From: Planctomycetota bacterium
GTDB lineage: Bacteria > Planctomycetota > PUPC01 > DSUN01
Length of the DNA stretch: 64,000 nt
Direction: 5' to 3'
Assembly: GCA_035527715.1 (NCBI GenBank)
Contig: DATKZY010000096.1
Coordinates: 4,350 to 68,349 of the forward strand
Of this stretch, positions 55,501 through 62,428 are shown piece after piece. The notes below the pieces were generated by a model that saw nothing but the letters and a program-made list of their open reading frames with translations, did no database searches and had not been told where the DNA came from. The number at the start of each line of letters is the position of its first letter. Positions within the stretch are counted from its first letter, which is position 1. A program made the translations under genes and the position numbers.

Positions 55501-55529
55501 TTGACCGCGGGCGCGCGCGCCGATATACT
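55501..55529 (+). promoter_or_regulatory. Sigma70-like promoter: TTGACC, 17-nt spacer, TATACT
   Basis: TTGACC at 55501-55506 and TATACT at 55524-55529, in a lower-GC intergenic region upstream of the C45-like gene. Confidence 0.55.
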
Positions 55530-55573
55530 GGTCCGAGAAGCTGATACCCCGTGGCATTCGTGGAGAGATTCCA

Positions 55574-57490
55574 TTGAGACAACGTGCTTCGGCGTTCCTG
55601 GCCGGGCTCCTCGCCCTGTCCGCGGCCCTCGGCCTCGCAGGGGAGCCGGCCCCGCCGCTGGCCGCGGCCGACATCGAGGCGCTCTCCAAGTCACTCGAGA
55701 AGGTCGTCGCCGTCGTTCAGGGCAAGCTGCCCGTCTACACGGTGACGCTCGCGGGGCGCTACAAGGACGGCGCGCTCGAGCAGGGGGCCGAGCTGACGAT
55801 CGCGCGCCGCGACGCCGACCAGTTCCGCCTCGCGCTCAAGTCCGACCTCCTCAGCTTCACCCTCCAGCGGACGAAGGACGAGACGGCCCTCGTCGTGCCG
55901 CTGCTGAAGGTGGCCGTGGTGGGCAAGGGGCCGCTGCCGGCCGAGTCGGAGCTTCAGCCCGCGCGCCTCTTCGGCCGCATCGCGGGCCTGTGGCCCGCCT
56001 CGCTCACCGTGCTCGGCGTGATGCAGACGGCAGAGCCGGGGGCCGTGGCCGTGATCGTCCAGGCGTTGCTCCAGATCGCGCGGGCGCCCGACAAGCCGGC
56101 GGGGCACTTCGTGGCGAAGCGCGACCTCGGCGGCGGCACGCTCTCCATCGAGCTGGCCGACGACGGGAAGGCGATCCGCCAGCTCCTGTGGCGCGACGCC
56201 GAGGGCGTCGAGGCCGGCGTCGGCATCGCCATCGCCGAAGAGGCGAAGTTGCCCGCGGAGCCGCTGGCCGACGATGTCGTGGTGGTGAACGTGCCGCGCG
56301 ACGAGCTGGAGCGCACGCTCGGCCGCGGCCTGGGCCGCGCCGCCGAAATCCTCGCACACGAGCAGTCGGGCGGCAAGCTCAAGGACGGCGAGCGCATCGC
56401 CGACCGCGGGCGCCTGGTCATCCGCAAGGGGCAGCGGGTCGCCCTGCTCGAGGGCTCGCCCCTCGAAGTCGGCTTCCAGCACGGCAAGCTCCTCGCGGCC
56501 GAGGCGCGGCGGGTGGCCGACTCGGTGCTCTACGTGGCGGGCCTCTACTACACGGTGACGAAGCGGGAGTGGTTCCTCGACACCTTGCGCGGGGCGCTCG
56601 CGCGGCTCGAGCCGCACGTGCCGCAGGAGTACTGGGACGAGGTGCAGGGCCTGGCGAACGGCTCGGGGCTGGCGCCCGAGGAGGCGCGGCTGGCCAGCGT
56701 GTTCCCCGAGCTGTTCCACTGCTCGGGCTTCGCGCTCTTCGGCAAGGCCACGGCGGGCGGCAGACTGCTCCACGGGCGGGTGCTCGACTACATGACCGAG
56801 CTGGGCCTCCAGCGCGAGGCGGTCGTCTTCGTGGTGAAGAAGAAGGGCGCCATCCCCTTCGCCAACGTGGGCTACGCCGGCTTCATCGGCAGCGTGTCGG
56901 GCATGAACGCCGAGCAGGTGGCCTTCGGCGAGATGGGCGGAAAGGGCGAGGGGCAGTGGGACGGCACGCCCATGGCCATCCTGATGCGCATGGGCCTCGA
57001 ACGGGCCAAGACCCTCGACGACGCCATCCGCATCTTCCGCGAGGCGAAGCGGACGTGTGAGTACTACTACGTCATCTCGGACGGCAAGGGCCCGAGCGCC
57101 GTCGGCGTCGCCGCGACGCCCGACCGAATCGAGTTCGTCAAGCCCGGCGAGGCCCACCCCAGGCTCCCGGCGCCCGTGGACGACGCGGTGCTGCTCTCGG
57201 CCGGCACGCGGCTACAGGAGCTGGTGAAGGCGGTGAAGGCGAAGCACGGGCAATTCGACGAGAAGGCGGCCATCGAGCTGATGAAGCGGCCCGTCGCCAT
57301 GCGGGCGAACCTGCACAACGTGCTCTTCGTGCCGCAGGACCTCGTGTTCCACGTGGCCAACGCCAAGGGGCGGTCGCCCGCGTGCGACCAGCCCTACGTC
57401 CGCTACAGCCTCCGCGACCTGCTCGACGAAATGGCCAGGCCCCTCCCCCCGCCCGGCAGGAAGCCCCGCCGAGGCGGGGATTCCTTCTAG
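55574..57490 (+). CDS. Secreted protein with a C-terminal peptidase C45 (acyl-CoA:6-APA acyltransferase-like) Ntn-hydrolase domain
   Basis: TTG start 45 nt after the -10 box. Signal peptide LRQRASAFLAGLLALSAALGLAG. FHCSGFALFG resembles the C45 autoproteolytic site with a nucleophilic Cys. Confidence 0.7.
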   Translation: MRQRASAFLAGLLALSAALGLAGEPAPPLAAADIEALSKSLEKVVAVVQGKLPVYTVTLAGRYKDGALEQGAELTIARRDADQFRLALKSDLLSFTLQRTKDETALVVPLLKVAVVGKGPLPAESELQPARLFGRIAGLWPASLTVLGVMQTAEPGAVAVIVQALLQIARAPDKPAGHFVAKRDLGGGTLSIELADDGKAIRQLLWRDAEGVEAGVGIAIAEEAKLPAEPLADDVVVVNVPRDELERTLGRGLGRAAEILAHEQSGGKLKDGERIADRGRLVIRKGQRVALLEGSPLEVGFQHGKLLAAEARRVADSVLYVAGLYYTVTKREWFLDTLRGALARLEPHVPQEYWDEVQGLANGSGLAPEEARLASVFPELFHCSGFALFGKATAGGRLLHGRVLDYMTELGLQREAVVFVVKKKGAIPFANVGYAGFIGSVSGMNAEQVAFGEMGGKGEGQWDGTPMAILMRMGLERAKTLDDAIRIFREAKRTCEYYYVISDGKGPSAVGVAATPDRIEFVKPGEAHPRLPAPVDDAVLLSAGTRLQELVKAVKAKHGQFDEKAAIELMKRPVAMRANLHNVLFVPQDLVFHVANAKGRSPACDQPYVRYSLRDLLDEMARPLPPPGRKPRRGGDSF

Positions 57491-57819
57491 GAGCCTGTCC
57501 AGAAATCCACGTGCGGCTGCGACGCCGCGATTGAGGCCGCGGGCGGGGTCCTCCTCCTGCGCCGTCGCGCGGCGAAGTGGAGGGCGATGGCGCCGAGGGC
57601 GATGGCGAGGCCGAGCGCGCCGACGAGGAGGCCGGCCTGGGTGGGCGCCAGGGCGCGGACGACCGCGGTGGCGAGGTCGGGCGGCGAGCCGTCGGTGTGG
57701 GCCTGCGCGAGGGCGACGACGGCGGTCATGCGCCGCACGGCGAGAAACAGCCCGAGGGCCGGCCCGCCGAACGTGACGGCCAGCCCGGCGATCAGGGCGA
57801 AGAAGTGAGCTTTCTTCAT
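57487..57819 (-). CDS. Small membrane protein (110 aa), convergent with the C45 gene
   Basis: MKKAHFFALIAGLAVTFGGPALGLFLAV, followed by a second hydrophobic helix and an Arg-rich tail. GGAG lies 9 nt upstream. Confidence 0.45.
   Translation of the reverse strand: MKKAHFFALIAGLAVTFGGPALGLFLAVRRMTAVVALAQAHTDGSPPDLATAVVRALAPTQAGLLVGALGLAIALGAIALHFAARRRRRRTPPAASIAASQPHVDFWTGS
57488..57535. repeat. Roughly 48-bp conserved element that starts at a stop codon (TAGGAGCCTGTCCAGAAATCCACGTGCGGCTGCGACGCCGCGATT); a second copy lies at 61389-61437
   Basis: Aligns with 61389-61437 (TAGGAGCCTGTCCGAGAATCCGCGTGAGGCTGCGACGCCGGCGATT) with few mismatches. Both copies start exactly at the TAG of unrelated genes. 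Confidence 0.6.
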
Positions 57820-57889
57820 CCTCGGCTCCAAGGGGGTAACCGGGGGAATCCTACCATGAACCGCAGCGCGCGGCAAACGCCCCCGGCCA

Positions 57890-57946
57890 GGGGTCACATC
57901 TTCATTTCGCACATGGCGGCTATGTGCCAAGTGAAGATGTAACCCC
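57890..57946. mobile_element. 57-bp palindromic MITE-like element, copy 3 (intergenic)
   Basis: GGGGTCACATCTTCATTTCGCACATGGCGGCTATGTGCCAAGTGAAGATGTAACCCC, located upstream of the small membrane protein gene. Confidence 0.75.
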
Positions 57947-57987
57947 GGCGTGCGGCCCGCGGGCAGCGATTCTCGCCGTGCGCCGTG

Positions 57988-58016
57988 TTGCAAAGGAGGT
58001 GGGGCGCTAGTATAAT
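57988..58016 (+). promoter_or_regulatory. Strong sigma70-like promoter: TTGCAA, 17-nt spacer, TATAAT
   Basis: TTGCAA at 57988-57993 and consensus TATAAT at 58011-58016. The AGGAGG sits inside the spacer and so is not an RBS. Confidence 0.6.
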
Positions 58017-58068
58017 CGGGAGCCTGCGTGGGTGTGTCCTCCGCGCGTGGGGCGTTGGAGACAGAGCG

Positions 58069-60555
58069 TTGGCAGGGTTCACGTTCGTTGGCCGCGAGGC
58101 TCAAGTCGCCGCGTTCCGGCAGATGCTGGAGCGCCCGGAGGGGGAGGCGCTGCTGGTGGCGGGCGCGGAGGGCTGCGGCAAGTCGCACCTGCTGCGTCAG
58201 TTGCGGCACGAGGCCGAGCGCGTGGGACGCCACGTGGTGCTGCACTGCTGCCTGGGGCACCTGCTGGACGCGGACCTGCGGCAGTATGCCATCCTGAGCT
58301 CGGTGGCGGCGGCCCATGAGCCGGCCGCGCTGCACGCGGGGGGGATGCCGTCGGAGAGAGGCCCCGCGGGGCGGCTGGTGCCCAATCCCCGCGAGTTCTT
58401 CGGCCACCTGCTGGGCGAGGACCACCGCCCCGTGAGCGAGAAGCTGCTGGGGCTGCTCTCGGTGGCCTCGGGCCACCTGGCCCCCGAGAGCCGCCTCGTG
58501 CTGCTGCTCGACCTGGGGCGCGCCCAGAGCGGGAATGCCTTTCCCGTGGAGTACCTGACCCGGCGCCTGCCCGAGAACGTGAAGCTGGTGATCGCGGCAG
58601 GCGTGGTCCCCGAGGGTTTGGCCGACCTGCGGAACGCGGCGATCGTGCCCGAGCTGCCGCCCTTCGGCGAGGCAGAGGTCGCGCGGCTGCTGGACTTCCA
58701 TCTGCCGCGCGGGACGGCGGTGCAGCCGCTGGCGGCGGTGGCCCTCGAGGTGTTCCAGGGCTCCCCCCTGCTGACCGATCTGGCGGCGAAGCTGGTCGCG
58801 GACTCGGCGAGCCCCGCGGCCGCCCTGGGCACCCTGCCGGCGTCGGCCCCGGACCTCTGCCAGCAACTGCTGGCCCACCTGAGCGAGGAGCAGCGCGCGC
58901 TGGTGGACTGCCTGGCCCGCGTGCCGTCGGGGCTGGATGCGACGGCGCTGCGCGTGCTGCTGGGCCTCTCGGAGGCGGATCTCCAGCGGCTGTTGCTGTG
59001 CGAGGAGATCCGCAACGTGGTGGTGCTGCAGCGCGGGCCGCGGGGCATCGATGCCTGCCTCTCCCACGAGAGCCTGGGCGACCTGTACCTCGGCGAGAAG
59101 GACCCGCAGACCGCGGTCTTCCACAAGCGCGTGGCCGCGCACTTCCTGGGCCTCGTGCACAAGGACCCCCACCACGTCGAGGCCCTCAGCGCGCATTCCT
59201 ACCACATCCGGCTCTCGGGCGACCCCACGCAGTTCATGCAGGACTTTCCCAGGACTCTCAGGCTCAAGCAGGGCCTGGGCCTCCTGCACCTGCTGGCCAG
59301 CGAGTACCGGCTGCTGCTGATGTGGTCCAGGACGAGCGACACCCCGATCAACCGCGCGCTGTGCACGGCCAACCTCGCCCGCATCTACCAGCAGCTCGGG
59401 GCGCACCAGGAGGCCCTCCGGCACCACAAGGAGGCCCTCGACACCTATCAGAAGCAGCGCGACCGCAGCGGCACGGCCGTGCAGCTCGGCTGCATCGCCT
59501 CGGCGCTGTGCGACCTCGGGCACCACGACGAGGCCATCAAGTCGCTCCAGCAGGCCATGGCCATCAACGAGGCCCTGGGCAGCAAGGCGGCCCTGGCCTC
59601 GGACCTCACGAGCCTGGGGACGCTTCAGGAGCGCCTGGGGCGCCTTCACGACGCCCTGCACTCGCACCAGCGGGCGCTCGACCTCTATCGCGGCCTCAAG
59701 GACGAGTTGGACGCCGCGACCCAGCTCAGCCGCATCGCGGCCATCCACCGCAAGCTCGGCAACCGGCGCGAGGCCGTGGCCCGGTTCCAGGAGGCCTGGC
59801 GCCTCAACAGCCGCAACGGCGCCGCGCGGGCCGAGATTGACGACCTGTGCAACCTCGGCTTCGTCTTCGAGGAACTCAAGGAGACGGGCAAGGCCGTCAC
59901 CTGCGTGCAGCAGGCCATCGAGCTGGACCACTCGCTGGGCGACCGCCACGCGGAGGGCAGCCACCTGCGCATCCTGGGCTCCATGCACCTCGAGCAGCAC
60001 GAGCCCGCCGAAGCGGTGCGGTGCCTCGAGCAGGCGGTCACGCTCGCCCGGTCGTTCGGCGACCCGGGCGGCGAGGCGGCCGGGCTGCTCGCCCTGGCCA
60101 AGGCCCAGCGCGCCGCGGGCCGCCCGGCCGACGCCCGGCAGGCCCTCGAGCAGGCCGCGGCTCTCGCCGCGCGCCTGAGCGATGCCGACACGGCAGAGCA
60201 GGTGCGCACCGCCCTCGGAGAACTCGGCAGCGCGTCCGGCGAGCAGGTGGAGTCCCAGGAGAAGGAGGAGTCCGAGTCGGGCGCGTCGAAGGCCGCCGCC
60301 GACGCGCCCGCCGTGGAACCTCCGCCCGAGGAGGTGGGCATCGAGGAGGCCCACACCCCGCTCGCCGAGGAGCCCGAGTTGGTCCCCGCGGCGGAAGCCG
60401 CCGAGATCCTCGGCGGCGAGGACGTGGCGGCCCTGCGCGCCGAGCTTGCCGAGGCCCGCCGCGAGATCGCCGAGCTCAAGGCCGAAGTCGAGCAACAGAA
60501 GCAGATCGCGGACGCCCTCAAGGAAGTCATGGCCAAGGCCATGCAAGACCGCTGA
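58069..60555 (+). CDS. STAND-type P-loop NTPase with C-terminal TPR repeats and an acidic coiled-coil tail
   Basis: FVGREAQVAAFRQMLERPEGEALLVAGAEGCGKSHLLRQL (Walker A) and LVLLLDLG (Walker B). At least 8 TPR units and a C-terminal EAEVEQQKQIADALKE coiled coil. A TTG start at 58069 fits the promoter; ATG 58123 and the ORF-track start 57985, which lies upstream of the -10 box, are the alternatives. Confidence 0.7.
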   Translation: MAGFTFVGREAQVAAFRQMLERPEGEALLVAGAEGCGKSHLLRQLRHEAERVGRHVVLHCCLGHLLDADLRQYAILSSVAAAHEPAALHAGGMPSERGPAGRLVPNPREFFGHLLGEDHRPVSEKLLGLLSVASGHLAPESRLVLLLDLGRAQSGNAFPVEYLTRRLPENVKLVIAAGVVPEGLADLRNAAIVPELPPFGEAEVARLLDFHLPRGTAVQPLAAVALEVFQGSPLLTDLAAKLVADSASPAAALGTLPASAPDLCQQLLAHLSEEQRALVDCLARVPSGLDATALRVLLGLSEADLQRLLLCEEIRNVVVLQRGPRGIDACLSHESLGDLYLGEKDPQTAVFHKRVAAHFLGLVHKDPHHVEALSAHSYHIRLSGDPTQFMQDFPRTLRLKQGLGLLHLLASEYRLLLMWSRTSDTPINRALCTANLARIYQQLGAHQEALRHHKEALDTYQKQRDRSGTAVQLGCIASALCDLGHHDEAIKSLQQAMAINEALGSKAALASDLTSLGTLQERLGRLHDALHSHQRALDLYRGLKDELDAATQLSRIAAIHRKLGNRREAVARFQEAWRLNSRNGAARAEIDDLCNLGFVFEELKETGKAVTCVQQAIELDHSLGDRHAEGSHLRILGSMHLEQHEPAEAVRCLEQAVTLARSFGDPGGEAAGLLALAKAQRAAGRPADARQALEQAAALAARLSDADTAEQVRTALGELGSASGEQVESQEKEESESGASKAAADAPAVEPPPEEVGIEEAHTPLAEEPELVPAAEAAEILGGEDVAALRAELAEARREIAELKAEVEQQKQIADALKEVMAKAMQDR

Positions 60556-60578
60556 GCCCGAATCCCGGAGTGCTGGCC

Positions 60579-61391
60579 ATGCTCAAGTGGCTGTTCGCAC
60601 GCAAGCACAAGAGGCCAAGTGGCCCCGAGCCCGAACGCACGCCGCACGCGGCCGCCGCGGCGGCCCCCGCCAGCCGGCCCGAGGCCCCGACGCCGCTGCC
60701 CCTGGAACCCGCACCCCTGCCCCCTGCCGAGGACGCGCACAGCCGCACGGCCGACGACGTGCTCCGCATGCTCGCCACGGGCGACGAGACCCCGCCCCCC
60801 GGGGAAGCCGTCGAGGAGCCGGTGGACCCCAACCTGGGGCGGCACCTGCTCGCCGAGGGGCCGGTCACGCGGGAGTTCCTCCACCAGCAGCTCGCGGTGA
60901 GCGGCAAGGCCGACTCGTATCTGGGCCACCTGCTCGCCACCGTGCACGCCCCGGGCGAAGCGCGGCTCGTCAGGCTGCTCGCGGTGGACTATCGCGTGCC
61001 GGACGTGGACCTGAAGCAGTGCAAGATTCCCATCGCGGTGGCACGCCTCGTGCCGCTGGAGATCCTGACCAAGTACAAGATGATCCCCATCGACCGGATC
61101 GGCGACCTGTTGTGCGTCGCGTTCGCGGGCGAGGTCAACCCGAAGGCCACGGAGGCGGTCCGCCGAGCCACGGGGCTGCGCGTGAAGGCGCTCCGATGCC
61201 CCCCGCACCACATCGAAATCCTGTTGAGGCGGCTCATGCACGAGCCTGCTGCCGCCAAGCCGGCCGTCCAGGCCGTCCGCGCCCTCCCCATCTCGGATGC
61301 CGAGTACGAGGAGGCGGCCCGCGGGCCGGAGGACCGGTGGGAGGCCGTCCACGCCTCGCGAGGCCCACTCCGCGCCGTGCGGATTGCCTAG
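60579..61391 (+). CDS. Standalone T2SSE_N (GspE N-terminal / MshEN-like) domain protein with a Pro/Ala-rich N-terminus
   Basis: LGRHLLAEGPVTREFLHQQLAV...LGHLL...LLAVDYRVPDVDL...PIAVARLVPLEILTKYKMIPIDRIGDLLCVAFAGEVNPKATEAVRRATGLRVKALRCPPHHIEILLRRL follows the T2SSE_N pattern. Confidence 0.65.
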   Translation: MLKWLFARKHKRPSGPEPERTPHAAAAAAPASRPEAPTPLPLEPAPLPPAEDAHSRTADDVLRMLATGDETPPPGEAVEEPVDPNLGRHLLAEGPVTREFLHQQLAVSGKADSYLGHLLATVHAPGEARLVRLLAVDYRVPDVDLKQCKIPIAVARLVPLEILTKYKMIPIDRIGDLLCVAFAGEVNPKATEAVRRATGLRVKALRCPPHHIEILLRRLMHEPAAAKPAVQAVRALPISDAEYEEAARGPEDRWEAVHASRGPLRAVRIA

Positions 61392-61437
61392 GAGCCTGTC
61401 CGAGAATCCGCGTGAGGCTGCGACGCCGGCGATTCTG
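61389..61437. repeat. Second copy of the post-stop conserved element (see 57488-57535)
   Basis: Direct alignment to copy 1, beginning at the TAG of the T2SSE_N gene. Confidence 0.6.
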
Positions 61438-61488
61438 GCCGCACGCGAGGCAGGCGGCACCCCACGACACCAGGGATTGCACACAGCC

Positions 61489-62337
61489 ATGGGAGACACT
61501 GACCCCGCCGGCGCCGCGAAGCGCTGCATCCTCCTGGCCGTCCCCGAGGACGGCCTTTTCGCGCCCATCATCCAGGCGGCACTCACCCGCGGCGGGTGGG
61601 AGGCGCGCCTGGTGGACGGTGCCGAGGCCCTCCTGGCCGCGGCCGAGGAGCGCCGAGCGGCCCTGGTGGTGCTCGACATGGGGCACCGCTGGGCCCAGGA
61701 GGCCCTGGAGGCCCTGAAGATTCAGGCGGAGACCAACTGGGTGCCGGTGGTGGCCCTGTTCCCGCGCGAGCGCGACCCGCGCCGCCCCCAGGAGCTCCGC
61801 GTGCGGGCCGACGTCGAGCTGGTCGAGCCGGTCGCCATCCACGACCTCGTCGCCGCGGCCGAGAGCAAGGCCATCCGCTCCAGCCAGCCGCCTTCGGCCC
61901 GGAAGGTGCGCATGATCCTGCCCAGCCGCCCGGCCGACCTCGCGCGCGCCGTCGAGCTCACCGTGCCGCTCCTGCACGCCAGCGGCCTCGACGAGGCGGC
62001 CCAGGCCTCCCTCCAGGCCGCACTCCGCGAGGCCATCGGCAACGCCATCCAGCACGGAAACCGCCGCGACCCCGCCAAGAGCGTCCGCGTCGAGTACCGC
62101 CAGAACCCCGCCGCCGTCACCCTCGCCGTGCGCGACGAAGGCCCCGGCTTCGACGCCGAGCACTACCTGCGCCTGGCCGCGGCCACCGACGCCGCCGCCG
62201 CCGCGCGCAACCGACACGCCGAAGGCGGCCAGGGCGGACTCGGCATCCTCATGCTCACCCGCCTCACCGACCGCGTGCGCTACAACAAGGCGGGCAATCT
62301 CGTCAACCTCACCAAGTTCGTCCGACGCCGCAGTTGA
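61489..62337 (+). CDS. Receiver (CheY-like) domain fused to an RsbW/SpoIIAB-like anti-sigma-factor serine kinase (HATPase_c) domain
   Basis: Receiver-like CILLAVPED...ALVVLDMG...VPVVALF, followed by the GHKL blocks EAIGNAIQHGN (N box), VRDEGPGFD (G1) and GGLGILMLTRLTD (G2). Confidence 0.7.
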   Translation: MGDTDPAGAAKRCILLAVPEDGLFAPIIQAALTRGGWEARLVDGAEALLAAAEERRAALVVLDMGHRWAQEALEALKIQAETNWVPVVALFPRERDPRRPQELRVRADVELVEPVAIHDLVAAAESKAIRSSQPPSARKVRMILPSRPADLARAVELTVPLLHASGLDEAAQASLQAALREAIGNAIQHGNRRDPAKSVRVEYRQNPAAVTLAVRDEGPGFDAEHYLRLAAATDAAAAARNRHAEGGQGGLGILMLTRLTDRVRYNKAGNLVNLTKFVRRRS

Positions 62338-62428
62338 ATTCCCTGCCCCATAGTTGTACTCTATGGATACGCTGGATCGCTCCAGGCCACCTTTGTCGCG
62401 GCGCGGTCGCGCCCGGAGGAGATTGGAC

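Noticed and set aside
57991-57998. AGGAGG considered as an RBS for a start at 57985 for the STAND ATPase
   Set aside because: It lies inside the 17-nt spacer of a TTGCAA/TATAAT promoter. A start at 57985 would be upstream of the predicted transcription start, so the TTG at 58069 is preferred.
61392-61500. Possible second small minus-strand protein homologous to 57487-57819, suggested by a shared C-terminal peptide (...SQPH(V/A)D..TGS*)
   Set aside because: Upstream translation (QCLPWLCAIPGVVGCRLPRVRPESPASQPHADSRTGS*) is not protein-like and has no start. The similarity is confined to the 48-bp DNA repeat, which is reported separately.
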